This document shows positions 28,598 through 44,182 of a DNA stretch of 64,000 nucleotides, in pieces. The DNA comes from Octopus vulgaris (Eukaryota), in assembly GCA_951406725.2 (NCBI GenBank), contig OX597820.1:26598001-26662000 (forward strand), in the 5' to 3' direction. Every line of letters begins with the position of its first letter. Position 1 is the first letter of the stretch. A program made the position numbers and the translations under genes. The notes below the pieces were generated by a model. That model did not search any database and was not told where the DNA came from. It was given only the letters and a program-made list of their open reading frames with translations.

Positions 28598-28676
28598 CAC
28601 ACACACACACACACACATATATATATGCGCACATACATGCTCACACATAGGGACACATACATAACTACATATATCA

Positions 28677-28721
<45 letters not shown>

Positions 28722-28835
28722 TGAACACATACACACACACACACACACAAATACGCATACGCATATACATATACCAGCAAACATTTAACAAAGATCTATG
28801 CGCGTACGTATGTGTGTGTATATGTGGGTGTGTGG

Positions 28836-28869
<34 letters not shown>

Positions 28870-29124
28870 ATATATATCTGCGCGTGCGCGCGTGTTTGTG
28901 TGTGTGTGTGTTTGAGTGTATGTGTTAGTGAAATAGATGTAATATATAGCTTGTATGTGAACATATTTTTATAAGAGTAACGTCTATATGCGTATAGATG
29001 TATGTGCTAACTTCTATATTGAAATTTTCGGAACGTGTGAAATGGACAAAGCGGTGAAGGGAAAAGAAAAAAAAAAGAAAAAAAGAAAAGAAAAGCAAAA
29101 ACCAAAAATGGAAGACGGACTTAC

Positions 29125-29171
29125 CGTGTATCTTAATTTGGCATTTGTCTCCTGAAAATGTAGCTGGACAC
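29125..29171 (-). CDS. Internal coding exon C: C-terminal part (C5-C6) of the membrane-proximal EGF domain
   Basis: TATTCCTACAG|GTGTCCA...ATACACG|GTAAGT. 47 nt, phase 2-1. Translates (R)CPATFSGDKCQIKIH and completes the CxCxxxFxGxxC motif begun in exon B. Confidence 0.9.
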
Positions 29172-29409
29172 CTGTAGGAATAATGGTGGTAATGCATTAG
29201 TCGACATGGAAATAATTACAACAGGCTTCGAAATAATTATAACAGGCTGAAGGCTTCATCATCATCATCATCATCATCATCACCACCACCATCATCATCA
29301 CCACCATCATCACCACCACCTCCATCATCAACTCCACCATCACCACCACCACCACAATCATCACCTACGACACCACCACTGCCACCACTATCATCATCAT
29401 CATTATCAT

Positions 29410-29440
<31 letters not shown>

Positions 29441-29598
29441 AGCAATATCACTACCATTAACATCGACAATTATTAATTGACATCCAAAATTCAAACGAAT
29501 GTGATTAAATATCACTTATATAAATAATTTTGTTCGGCATACATTTCCTGTAGTCTTCTGTTCCAAATAACGGCAACACCAACAACCACATACTTGCA

Positions 29599-29709
<111 letters not shown>

Positions 29710-32490
29710 ACACACACACACTCACACACACACGTACGGACACATAGACACAGATATACTCACATAGAAACACACACGCATGCACAGGTACACACACACA
29801 TACGGACACGTAGTCACAGAGATACATACGCATACACACACACATACACGCACGCGTGCACACATACATACACAGGCACGCACACACACACGTACGGACA
29901 CGTAGACACAGATATACTCACATACAGACACACACGTATGCACAGATACACACACACACATACGGACGCGTAGACAGAGACACACGCGTATACACACACA
30001 CACACAAACACAAAGGTAATGATATCAAATGTCCCGCAAGGTAACTTAAAAAAAAGAGGATACAATTGAAATTACACAACTGAAATAGCCACTCTGAGAA
30101 AAAAATGAAAAAAAAAAGCTCTCAGATAATATCAAACCCAATAGAGTTATTCTACAAACAGCAGTTATAAGATTAGCATAAAAAAAGATCATAAAAATTG
30201 GAAGATCACCTGCACATGTGAGGAGCACAGCTTGTTATTGTAGCGAGTTCCAACCATCACAGTAATTAATAAACGCACCTGAAACCGCCTGAGATTAAAA
30301 TACCGCTGAGTCTATAACGTTTATAATAATGTATATAAGAAACGTGAAAAGGTATTTTGTCTCGATAAATATTTTCTGAGACACATTATTGCAGCTAGTG
30401 CCATTCCACGTTTGTATATACAAAATAATAATTTCTGTATAATGTTCAAAATAGATTTCGTTTTTGGATTTGGTTTGCAAGATTCTTTATATGAGTTCGT
30501 ATATTAAAGCATATTCTGTTATGGCTGGGGAGAGCCATTTTCTTTTTGTGCCTTACAAGACTATTGAAAAGGTCGCAAGACGCAAAGAAAATTTTAGGAG
30601 AATAAAAAGATGAAATATGTGGAAATTTTACCGGTGAGTGTGTTACATTGTAAGGCACAAAAAGAAAATGACTCTCCCCAGACACAACAGTTCAAAATAG
30701 TCTGATTCTGATTAAATGCGGTTTATTCATCGTAAGATAGCATCTCTTATAAACGTACAATGTTAAAAAAACACAAATATATCAGTAGCAGGCGAAAATC
30801 GTTCAGTAGCTGCAATGGCATTGCTAAATGTGTATGTCTGCCTCATTGAGCTCCGTCAGTTGCTAGTGTCCACAGGCAACCGGATGCCAAGACATATGAA
30901 TATAGTAAAGAAGTGATTAAAATATCACTGATGTTGCAATTAGCTAGTAGGTTGAATAAAAATTCTGGACCCTCACTAGGTCATGACCAAGTCCCTCGAT
31001 GGCTGCTTTATCCGAATGCTACAAATGACCGTCAGTGTCAGCTAGAAATGGATAATGACTGGTGAAGTGATCGTCTACTGTCCGATAAGATAGCGGAAAG
31101 AAGGCTACGGATGCAACAAGGGTTGTTCGTTACGCTACTCATCATCTGAGAAAGTAGGTACTTCCCCTCAAAGCTGTTAAGACTACAATGGAGGGCAACA
31201 GTGCTGCGACTTGATGAAGAACTCCGGTCATTAATGGTAGAACGCAATATGTGGCACATCTGTCATCGTTTATTCTCAATCAGTTCTCAAGCAGAGTTAT
31301 GAGACACAGTGTGTGTCAAGGCCTTAATTTTGAAATTACGGGTATAATCTACTCATCAAGTATGGGTCGATCCGAGGATGCAGGAAGTTGTAGTTGATGA
31401 AGACAGCGACGACGACGATTATTATGATGAGGGCGATGATGACGCTGATGATGATGATGGTGATAGTAGCAGTGATGATGACAATGATAATGATGGTGAT
31501 AGAGGTGGTAATGATGATGATGATAATGATGATGGTGATAGTGACTATGATGATGATGGTGAAATAGTGTCGATAGCTTCAGACAGTTTTAGCAATGCCA
31601 TGAATTGCCAACAATTTGTCAAATTTAATTACAATTCCCCTGTCCCACCATCACTGCTTCTGAGGTTATGTGTTTACTTACGACCAACCAAAGAAGACTG
31701 TTTTAGTTCAGGATAATACTTAAATTAATGAGAACATATAATTAGAAATTAAATTATCGCTGTTTTGTGTCTCTTTAAAGTAAATAAATGTGAGGTACCT
31801 CTATCTCTCATCTATTGAAAAACAATTACCCTGCATTCAAATATGACTCTCTTCAATGACGAAATTAATCGAAATTTAAATGAAAAATAAAATGTTGATG
31901 TTTGTTCCCTCTCGAACCATGCCTAGCTCATAACGGTCGGTTTCCCGGTTTCCTTGGTGTATAGACTCCCCACCTGGACGGGACGCCTGTCCGTCGCAGG
32001 TGAGCTGCTAGATGCAGGAGGAAAGATTGAGAGAAAGAGTCAGCAGAGGTTCGCCATTACCTTCTGCCGGGGCCACGTGGAGCTCAGGTATTTCGCTCAT
32101 AAACACACACATCGCCCGGTCTGAGATTCGAAATCGTGATCCCTTGACTGCGAGTCCGCTACTCTAACCACTAGACCATATGCCACCATGGAAAAAAATG
32201 CTTTACGGTAAAATATAAATTCAAATACATTTCATATACATTTACATAACAACGAATTTGAAAAATTGGCCCCATATTTTTCTAATTAGAAGGGGGTTCT
32301 GCAAGGCCTTCTCTTTCTCTGCCTTGGGGAATACCGTTTTGTAAAGGGAGTTCTGCAAAGTTCTCTTGGTCCTGTTTAACAAAATTCTTGCTCAAGGACA
32401 GCGTACTCTCAGAAATCAAACTCACGACCTTACGACTGTGAGCCGATTACGCTAACCACTAAGCCACGTGCCTTCACACACACACATACA

Positions 32491-32539
<49 letters not shown>

Positions 32540-32867
32540 ACATATAAAGTGAGGGTGTGTGGTTTAGTGGTTAGGGTATGTTTGTATGTATGTATATATA
32601 TATATATACAGTGGACACAAGACCAATCAAATTTAATGAGGAACGAAAGTGAAGTGAAATAAAGCTAGACTTACATTTGGGAGGTGACGCTAGGCTGTGG
32701 ACTCAAGTCATTAAGAGCTCACTTATTTTATGCCACCCAACTATTTGGTGTAAAACTTGGCAAAAACCATTTACAAGACGTAAATGTTGAAATCACCAAA
32801 CTTCACTTCAAAACATATACGCATATACACATGTCGACATATAATTACACACACTTATACATATGTG

Positions 32868-32910
<43 letters not shown>

Positions 32911-33298
32911 ACATATGCACATACGCACACACATACATATACACCCACCCAGACATGAAAATGGTAGTCGTGTAATAAAATATATAGACTTTATTACTTC
33001 TCTTTAATAAAAGGTCAGGTTTTCTTTGGTGGTATTGATTTACTTTATACATACATAAATACATACACACACACATACATACACAAACAAACACACACAC
33101 ACAAATACATACATACATTCATACATACGTATATACATACACATACTTATATTCATGCATATATGCACACGTAGATATATACATGTACTATACACACACA
33201 CACACATATATATACGTGTAAATATATACATATATGAATACATATACATACACACTCACATAAATATACACACATATATGTACATATGTGAGATACAC

Positions 33299-33349
<51 letters not shown>

Positions 33350-34743
33350 CATACATACATACATACACACACGTATGATGTGTGATACACACACGCACAC
33401 ACACATATATACACACACATATGTACATAAGTGTGTGATACACATACACCCACATATATACATACATACATACATACATACATACAGGCATGCATGCATG
33501 TATACATACACACACATATGTATGCGTTAGATATATTTAGTCATTCAATCATTCAATGTTTGTGTCTGTTAGAATTAATACACAGCCAATCACATCAACA
33601 TTTATCTTATATTCATAAAAAGAATATATTTAAACGTCTTCTGAAAGGTCAAAGGCGACTTTATGTGTTTACTCTGTGATGTTGTGTTGACGTTAGCAAT
33701 TAACAATGAACAAGCAATCAACCAAACAAACTGTACGTAAGTAAATGTAATTAGATATCTCACTATGTTAAATTAACTTATAAGTCTGAAGCGAGTATTT
33801 CATGTTTTAATATCCGTGGTACGCCAATGACTCGAACGTTGATTGTAAAATTGGCAGCTAGGTTTGTTTTGTCAGCATCCTTTCATCCATCCCCACGTAC
33901 TGATATAGCCATATAACCATATAATGATATAACTATATAACATGGTTATATCATCATATTTGGACCTCTCAGTGACTTAGACAAGTATGAGACGTTTGTG
34001 CCAAGGCATTTCGGCGCCACCTCTTCGGCGTAGCTGATTCGACGCTGACTGATTTGACATAAGATATTTTAGTGTTTCTCTCTTTTTAATGTTTCTCTTA
34101 TCCTTTCTCCACCTCTCTTTCTGATTATCTGCGCGAGCATATGTCTCTTTACTGTGTATGAGGAGCAGAAAGTGTTCATGTCAATCGCGTTGAAATTGAG
34201 AAATCGTACTGTCTCTCCCTCTCCTCCTTTCTCTCTGCATGTGTATATTTCTGCGTGCATATGTGTGTGTCTGTATTCGTCCGTTTGCCTCCAGTGCCAA
34301 AAAGTACTGTCGTCCAAACAAGTTCAATACTCTATCAGTCGTGCCAACGCATCAGCGTTGAAGCAACTACGCACAATCGTCTTATTGCAGACTTAGATGC
34401 TGCATTAACATTGTTGTTAAAAGCCAATATCGCAGGGAAGTTTACTTGCTGGAATAGTTGGCAAAGCGGTCAGATATGGGGAGTTCAGAGTGGCAGGCCC
34501 AGTTGAGCTGAAAAATATGTGGACCTGTGTGTGCGTATGTGTGTAAGTGACCTAGTGCGTACGTTATGTAGAGTGATATGCGTTACATGTACTGGCATGT
34601 ATGTGTGCGGTTATCATGTGTATGTACGTATGTGTGCAAACGCATTGGCCTTGGTGTATGTGTACAAGAAACCTAGTGCATGTGTTGTGTGGAGTGATGT
34701 GCATGTATATGTCCTCCCACCTCGGGATCTTTCTTTCTCCTAT

Positions 34744-34778
34744 GTTTCCGACGAAGAGCTCCGCTCGAAACGTCATAC
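34744..34778 (+). ncRNA. Second copy of the U4C minimal hammerhead-like motif
   Basis: GTTT-CCGACGA-A-GAGCTCCGCTC-GAAACGTC-ATAC, within a ~160-bp repeat (34715-34875) homologous to 46832-47019. Both copies end in (TA)n. Confidence 0.5.
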
Positions 34779-34876
34779 CCTCCTTCTTCCCTTCTTTCCT
34801 GAGCGTCCAATAATACTTTATTTGTTCCACATCCTTGCGTTGTTGTCTTTTTGTTTTCTTGTTTGGATTAACTTTA

Positions 34877-34974
<98 letters not shown>

Positions 34975-35125
34975 TCCAACATTTAGGGAATGGAGTAGAT
35001 AGGTTACATATGTTTCATGGCTTGTGGAACTTCAGAAGCAGCAAATTATCCAAACGAGGGGTAGACCGCAAGCCACTCTTCAGGCCAAGGACACAATGTT
35101 GCTTACCGTGAAATATAAAATTAAT

Positions 35126-35437
35126 AACAATTGCAGCGTGGAAGGTGTTTATAAGCCATTTAAGAAACACACAAAAACCGTTAGATTCACTTCAACATCT
35201 AAATTTAATTTGCCAAAATATTTTCGTCGCTTTAAGATCGCGACCTGTTCACTGACAAAATTCCATGCTGCATCTCGTGACAAAATTCCATGCAGCACAG
35301 AATTTTGTCAGTGAACAGGTCGCGGTCTCAAAGCGACGAAAAGATTTTGAGAAATTAATTTTAAATGTTGAAGTGAATCTAACGGATTTTGTGTGTTTCT
35401 TAAATGGCTTATAAACACCTTCCACGCTGCAATTGTT
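35126..35437. mobile_element. Fold-back (long inverted repeat) element, probably Penelope-like derived
   Basis: Highly similar ~138-bp inverted arms (35126-35263 and 35300-35437) with a ~36-bp spacer. Each arm carries the hammerhead-like motif. Confidence 0.75.
35209..35259 (-). ncRNA. Minimal type I hammerhead-ribozyme-like motif with G3:C8 core variant (left arm of a fold-back element)
   Basis: Minus strand TTTGTCA-GTGAACA-G-GTCGC-GATCTTAAA-GCGAC-GAA-AATATT-T-TGGCAAA. It has a 7-bp stem I (one G-U), a 5-bp stem II and a palindromic stem III. A more mutated copy lies on + at 35304-35354. Confidence 0.6.
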
Positions 35438-35663
35438 TTCGCTCCAGCACACGATCTCAGATCAGGTCAAGTACATCTCCGTAATATAAAATTAATGTTT
35501 TTCAGCTTATCGTACTTTGATACGGGAAAAATTCACAACCTTCTGCGCCAATAAACCACAATTGATCATGAAAGTTTTTAGATTTACGGATTGTTTGAAG
35601 CTCATAAACTTCGTACATCTTGATCCTTGGATCTTACCTTATGCGTGTGTGTGTACACACACA

Positions 35664-35696
<33 letters not shown>

Positions 35697-36090
35697 TATA
35701 TATATATATATATATGTATACACATACACACACATACACACACAAATATATGACATGAAATGACGCTGATTATGAATATCAAAAATATACCTGAAAGTAA
35801 AATATTCCCCAAAAACATTTTAGGTACTACATACATATACGAAGAATTCCCTTTAGAAGTGTTTAAAATCTGAAATCATCAAACAAGGGAGATAACACTG
35901 GTAAGATCAGTTAACTAAAGTTCTTGGTAATTAAGGACAACTTTCTGTAGTGGAAAATTATTGAAATTTCTAATAAGCATAAAAACCCAAACAAAAAGAA
36001 AAAGAAGAAAAATCAAAGAAAAGAAACTAGTAAAGATAATTGGTTTAGATAAACAATGTAAAAAAAAAAATGAAATTTAGTGTGGATTAC

Positions 36091-36151
36091 CTGCAAACTT
36101 TTCGATTGTTTGATCTGTCGCACGTTCCATTATTCATGCAACCGCAGCCAA
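36091..36151 (-). CDS. Internal coding exon B: N-terminal part (C1-C4) of the membrane-proximal EGF domain
   Basis: ATATTTCAG|TTGGCTGC...GTTTGCAG|GTAATC. 61 nt, phase 1-2. Translates (I)GCGCMNNGTCDRSNNRKVC(R). Phase matches exon A upstream and exon C downstream. Confidence 0.9.
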
Positions 36152-37239
36152 CTGAAATATATAAGTTAAAATGACAGCTTAGTGGGATTAGCAGAGATTA
36201 TACATAAATATATATGAAAATGATAGTGTTAGATGAGCAATCTGAGAAACCCCGTACACACACACAAAGAGAAAGAGAGATGGAGAGAGCAAGAGTGAGA
36301 GAATGAGAGAGAGAGTGAGAGCTAGCTAGATAGATAGAGACAGAGAGATGCATTGCCAGGAAATCGATCAAATGCACTAAAAACTGTAACGTTTACCTCT
36401 AGTATTGGTCAGTCGAAAATGATCAATTTTTGTCCAATATTTTTGTAAATATCTCTGCAAAAATTAAACGGACTGGGCGACGAACCCTATCTTAGCTTTT
36501 GCCGTTAGGTTTCTCTACGATCTGTTAACCCCTTTCAGGTATCTCAGTGTCTATAGAATACTGCTTGCCGTAAGTCGGGGACATGTACCATACTCTCGCT
36601 TATTGTTTAAAATGCCTGTGTAGTCAGGAACAAACAGACAATTTCTCGGCTCTCTCAGCCTTGATGCAATGTAACATGCAGGATGTGGCAGCAAGAGAGG
36701 GAGAGAGAGAGAGAGAGCGAAAGAGCCGAACTAATACTCTGTTGATACTTATTTATAGCTGAGTAGAATGGAGCAACCAACGTAAAATGAAGTGCCTTGT
36801 TCAAGGGCACAATGCATTATATGACCCAGGAATTGAACCTATGACATTATGATCATGAACCGAACATCTTAACCACGAAGTCACTCGTCTTTAGGAGCAT
36901 CTCAATTACTTCTTGCAAAAAATATAAAAAAACCAGAAACACTTCAAAATACCTTCGAAGCATTCATCAGTTTTAGGACTCCAGAATTCTATGCTTTTGA
37001 AAGAAATAAACTTATCTCTCTACGGCAGAATTGTGGAGATACTAAAATTATTTTATCGATTAATAAAATATACTATGAGCTGAGATACATTGGTTTTAAA
37101 TCTGAAGACGAAAAAGCGTAAATATTTTGGCATCAAGCAGATATACAAAACGCATTCCAGATGTTTTGAGACTTTTCAGAAGAGACATTAATTAATTCCA
37201 ATGAAATACAAATCTCTAATCTCATTCAAAGTACGAGCA

Positions 37240-37365
37240 GGGTCCTCTAACTTCAATGCATTTCTTATAGCGCTCCAGTCACTTCGGGAAGGTTCCATGA
37301 AAGTTCCCTAAAGTGAAGGCATTTAGGACCCTTGTCACAGCCTCCTTCATCTTCTCTGACAACTT
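37240..37365 (-). mobile_element. Mariner-like transposase C-terminal fragment
   Basis: Reads EKMKEAVTRVLNAFTLGNFHGTFPK*LERYKKCIEVRG. Confidence 0.6.
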
Positions 37366-39175
37366 GGGAAGCAATAAAAAAAATAATAAAAGGCACAGCG
37401 ATCAAGGTCTGAACTGCAGAGAGGGTGAGAGACAATTTTGAAGCCTATATGTATCATGTAGTTGGTTACCAAGATGGAATCGTGGGCTGCGGCATTATTG
37501 ATTATTCTCGATTTATAAAAATTATCTCCGGCTACAAAAGATGTGTCATAATTAGCAAATGAAAATTAAGACCAGCTCCACTTGATTCAATAATTCGACA
37601 AAGTTCACAAGTCGTTAACGAAAAGGACAGCCGTAGACGTGTGTTTCTGTCTCAATGGCTCAACCATGTGGTTGAGAAGCAAGCTTCTTACCACACAGCC
37701 ACGCCTGACAATTGTCTTTACTTCTCTCCAGCAGGCAAGGGACTTGGACTTACACAAAACAGGGTAGAATACATCTACCGCTAAGGTAATTCGTTTATTC
37801 TTTTTATTCTTTTACATGTTTCAGTCAGTTGACTGCGGCCATGCTGGAGCACTGCTTCGAAGTGGTTTCGTCGAACAAATCAACCTCAGGACTTACATTT
37901 TAAAGCCTTATACTTTTTCTATGTAGAGGCACATGGTCTAGTGGTTAGAGCATCGGACTCGCGGTCGAGGTGATCGCGGGTTCGAATCTCAGACCGGGCG
38001 ATGTGTGTTTTTATGAGTGAAACACCTAAGCTTCACGCGGCTCCGCCAGAAGGTAATGGCGAACTTCTGCTGACTCCTTCGCCACAACTTTCTCTCACTA
38101 TTTCCTCCTGCATCTTGCAGATCACCTGCGAAGGACAGGCGCCTCGTCCAGTTGAGGAACCTATACGCCAAGGAAACCGGGAAACCGGCACTTATGAGCC
38201 AGGCATGGTTCGAGAAGGAACAAACTTTTTCTATCGGTCTCTTTTGCCGAACCGCTAAGTTATGGGGGTCGTAAACACACCAACACCAGTTGTCAAGCAG
38301 TGATTGGGGAGGGGGCAAACACAGACACACACACATACACATATATGACGGGCTTCTTTCAGTTTCCGTCAACCACATCTGCTCACAAAGCTTTGTGGTT
38401 AGCCCGAGGCTATAGTAGAAGACACATGCCCAAGGTGCCACGGAGTGAGACTGAACCAGGAACCATGTGGTTGAGAAGCAAGCTTCTTACCACACAGCCA
38501 CGCCTGCATAATTTAAAACAAAAATTAACCAAGAGACATTACACAGAGTGGAGAGTGGCGTAGATTTGAGCATAGACATATACAGTTATATTAAATAGCT
38601 TATAATATAAATTCTTGATTTATTGAAATTATCTCTGTCTCCAGAAGATTATCATAATTATCAAATGACAAGACCAGCTCTCCAACAGTCGTGCTGATGA
38701 CGGCTATATATATATACTTTCCTACTCTAGGCACAAGGCCCGAAATTTTGGGGGGAGGAGGGCCAGTCGATTAGATCGACCCCAGTACACAACTGGTACT
38801 TAATTTATTGACCCCGAAAGGATGAAAGGCAAAGTCGACCTTGGCGGAATTTGAACTCAGAACGTAAAGACAGACGAAATACTGCTAAGCATTTCGCCCA
38901 GCATGCTAATGTTTCTGTCAGCTCGCCACCTTACATATATATATATACACTGAAAAAGAAATGAATATGGACGAACGTTAGATAGACTGACAGATAGGTA
39001 TATAGATATGAAGATTGACAGCTGGCTAGTTAACTAGACTGGCAAAAATATAAACACAGACACAGACACACATACACACACACACACATTCACAATATTT
39101 ATGTACATACCTAGAGAAAGAGAGAGAAGACCATTAGGGTGGCAAACATGTATACATATACATACATACATACAT

Positions 39176-39237
<62 letters not shown>

Positions 39238-40172
39238 AAAAGAGAGAGAGAGCGTGAGAGAGACAGACACGAACATAGACAGATAGAGGGATAGATAGAT
39301 AAACAAACTAGACAAAGGCTTTCATTGCTAATGTTAACCCACCTGGATAGTAAATAATGGAAAAAGTCAGTCAATAGCTAGCTTATTTACTTCTATCGCA
39401 CCTCAATCTCCAGCAAAAAAAAAGAAAAGCCAAAACAGAAAACAAAAAACAAAACAAAAATGCAGACATCTCCCTCCAGTACCCTCCCCCGCCCCAAAAA
39501 AAACCCCAACCAAATGTGGGAGGCAATGTTAGTTTGAATTCCACCACGAACCATCAACCATCAAAGATAAACAGAAGCAAACGTACAGGGATACATAAAT
39601 GAAATTAAAACAGCTTACGTATACACATATAATTATACATATACAAAGAAATAAATAATCATGCACATATATGTATGTAGTTGTGTGTGTGTGTGTGTGC
39701 GTTTGTACATAAGTACATATGTATAGATACATATATATATGTGTGTGTGTGTTCATTACTATTACGCAAGCCTTTACAGAGTTAAGTAAATATGTATACC
39801 TATGTTTTGTGTGACATGTTATAATAATGTTCGTTTTTTTTTTATACCTTGACTGCTTGTTTCTGTTTAATGTTGATGGTTGGTAGCAGACCGTTGTGAA
39901 ATTCAATCACTGGGCACCGCTACACACTATACACACGCGCGCGCGCGTGTGTGTAACTTGTTACTTTTTTTGAGTTTCACAAAAGTACTCCCGTTACAAA
40001 TCCGACAGATTTGCTTCAGAAATTAATTAAAACAAAAATAAAACCACTCCCCACCACACATAAACCTACCTATATACTTAAAAACATTTATGTATGCATA
40101 CACACACATATATATATAGGTATGTGTATAAATATATACATTCACACATTTATGTAATACATATTTGCATGT

Positions 40173-40211
<39 letters not shown>

Positions 40212-40729
40212 TATATATGTATATCTTTGTATACATATATGTTATACACACATACATAGTTACACACATATGTATGTATGTATGTATATGAGTTTCTGAA
40301 GAAAATCTAGAATTTGAAACAAACGTACTTCTGTAAAACTTACGAAAGTAAATACAATAATTATTCTAATTTGTTTTTCTATTGAGTCATTTCACTAATT
40401 CTTTGTATTAAGGTAAACAACAGTATACATACATACATACATACATACATACATACATACATACATACATACATACATACATACATACATACATAAATAC
40501 ATGCATACATACATACATATATACATACATACATACATACATAAATACATGCATACATACATAGACAAATACTGGCCTTTTATGAATAAAATCTCCGAAA
40601 TATATTATGGGTCAACGTCTCATTAAACAGTAAGTCCAACAAAAGTGTCTTATTACATTACAAGGAGCGATAATAAATATATGTAACTTAAAATAAATCT
40701 ATCTATCTATATGTCTATCTGTCTCTTTG

Positions 40730-40841
<112 letters not shown>

Positions 40842-41350
40842 ATAAAACAGAGGCATAGGATCAGGTGCTGGCCTGTGTCAGCAAGAATTATATTATTTTG
40901 AGTAAAGGGACAGAAAGAGTGTAGTTAAATTGCGGTTTGTAGTGGAATATCTAACGTTTTGGACAGAGTCCTTTCTCAAGGTAATGCTGACAGGTTGCAA
41001 ATTAAAGAATGACTCTTTACAAAAAGTTATTTATTTTGCTCTCTATAGTAATTCCACAGAATTCCTTTTACTACCTACCTACTTACGTACCTACCTTTTA
41101 GTACCTACTTTTACGCTCCAAAAACCTTATTTTACATTAAAGAACCATAAAGCTAACTTTAATCACTTAACGTAAACTGGTTTCGGCTTTCATTTGGTGT
41201 GGCGTGAAATTCGAGTTGCGTAGAACGAATTCAGTTTAAATATGCCTCATACACTGCTCATTCATTGTACAAATACTTTTACTACCTACCTACCTACTTA
41301 CCTACCTACCTACCTACCTACCTACCTACCTACCTACCTACCTACCTACC

Positions 41351-41442
<92 letters not shown>

Positions 41443-41445
41443 TAA

Positions 41446-42065
<620 letters not shown>

Positions 42066-42072
42066 ATACATA

Positions 42073-42500
42073 CAGGGTGACGATGAATTATTTTAACAAT
42101 TGATATTTTACAATAATTTGTTGTGCCACAGTTTCACAACTTGCAACCTGAAATTATTTTCCAACATAATGGTACACCGCCCCATCGAAGTTGTGTGTTC
42201 GATAATTTCTTAACAAAACTACCCCAAACCAATCGATCGGAAAAGGTAGTCCAGTTCCCTGGCCGCCTAGATCACCAGATAAAATACCTCTAGACTTCTT
42301 GTGGCACTACATTAAGGACAGAATCTATCGTGCAAAAGTTCAAAACCTCAATGATGTCAAGGTAAAGATACGTCAAGCCGTATCCAACATTGATGAAGGG
42401 ATACCTCAACACACATTGTCAGAAATTGAGCAGCATCTAGATGTATCGCGTGCAGCCAATGTAGCCCACGCGGAAGTGTTCTGGTGTTTCTAATAAAACT
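42073..42500 (+). mobile_element. Tc1/mariner-superfamily remnant (WPPRSPD motif type)
   Basis: Starts TA|CAGGGTG. Reads FQHNGTPPH...WPPRSPDKIPLDFLWHYIKDRIY...LDVSRAANVAHAE. Confidence 0.85.
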
Positions 42501-43130
42501 GTATTTGTTTGCCTATGTTTTCCAATAAACCCTGCTGAGTTATCCTTATTTTATCTTTTTTTTCTGAAATTTTCAAATTGTAAAGGTAATTTAAGTATTT
42601 GTACAATAAATGAGCAGTGTATGAGGTATATTTAAACTGAATTCCTTCTACGCAACTCGAATTTCACGCCACACCAAATGAAGGTGAAAACCAGTCTACG
42701 TCAAGTGATTAAAGTTAGCTTTATGGTTCTTTAATGTAAAATAAGGTTTTTGGAGCGTGAATTATTTAAGTGATATCATCTTTATCAAGATTTAATGAAA
42801 TTGCATGCAATCAGAGATTAATCTCAGTTAGATAGATAGTCCCATGTGTAATTATAAGTATCTGCGACAGACGTAGGCGTTGTTAGTAACTATGGTTTAG
42901 TATAGTTGTGTATTTGGTGCTGAATCTTATATTTTTCTTATTGTATGAAGATTTTGTTCGAATGTTTAATTTCTCATAGTTTGGTATTTAATTTCGTCTG
43001 AAAAATATCGATCAGTTTTCGAAATTCAATACCACTTAATAATGAAAACAGTGAAAGTAGCTCGTTTATAGACATGCATTTGTTAGATTTAAAGTTATAC
43101 TCAAAGTTGTAGCGCCTATCTACCTGCGTG

Positions 43131-43250
<120 letters not shown>

Positions 43251-43769
43251 CCTGTCTGTCTGTCTGTCTGTCCATCGATCTAATCTTTACGCCTATCTAT
43301 TTACAACTATCTACAATCATGTTTCCGCTCAATCTTCACTTTTCTCTTATGCTATTTCTTTCTTTCATTTTCTGTTTCTTCCATTCTTTTTCTTTATTTT
43401 ATCACCTCCGCTCTTTCTTTATAGTATCTTTATTCCTTTTAGAGTATCGCTTCTGCTTCATTTCTGTACTTTTTGCCTGTTCTTGTTAACAAAACAACCA
43501 TTAATAAAGGAAGATAAATTCTCCAGATGAATATCTGAGTCATTCTCCAAACCCCTGCTCTTACAAAAATATAAACAAAGCATCGAATCTCTCTAACTAA
43601 CCTCCAGTATTTCACACTATGGAAGGACCCACCAATTTCCTGGTTCGATCTTATGACAATTTTCTATTTCCTCGCATCGACCCATGCCTTGTGAGCAAAA
43701 GTGTTTTGACGGAAATCGTTTAGAAACCCGTGAGTTGGATGTATCTGTAGTTCAAAAGGTACTACCTTA

Positions 43770-44182
43770 TTTCTTTATTGCCCACAAGGGGCTGAACGTA
43801 AAGGGGACAAACAAGGACAGATAAAGGGATTAAGTCGATTACATCGACCCCAGTGCGTAACTGGTACTTAATTTATCGACCCCGAAAGGATGACAGGCAA
43901 AGTCGACCTCGGCGGAATTTGAACTCAGAACGTAACGGCTGACGAAATATCTATTTTTTTACTACCTACAAGGGGCTAAACACAGAGAGGACAAACAAGG
44001 ACAGACAAACGGATTAAGTCGATTATATCCACCCCTGTGCGTTACTGGTACTTATTTAATCCACCCTGAAAGGATGAAAGGCAAAGTCGACCTCGGGGGA
44101 ATTTGAACTCAGAACGTAGCGGCAAATGAAATACGGCTAAGCATTTCGCCCGGCGTGCTAACGATTCTGCCAGCTCGCCGCC
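43770..44182 (-). mobile_element. SINE family D with Nin/Deu-like domain (GCCTTTCATCCTTTCGGGGTCGAT...AAGTACCAG), internally duplicated
   Basis: Copies at ~5243-5385, 23457-23840, 38720-38930, 51115-51255, 56245-56455, 60640-61408 (split by the mariner), 63410-63645 and 63685-63880. The domain name is by resemblance only. Confidence 0.8.

Noticed and set aside
31378-31716. Asp-rich 112-aa ORF resembling an acidic biomineralisation protein (similar case 29237-29515)
   Set aside because: Degenerate (GAT)n tract with no signal peptide or supported splice context.
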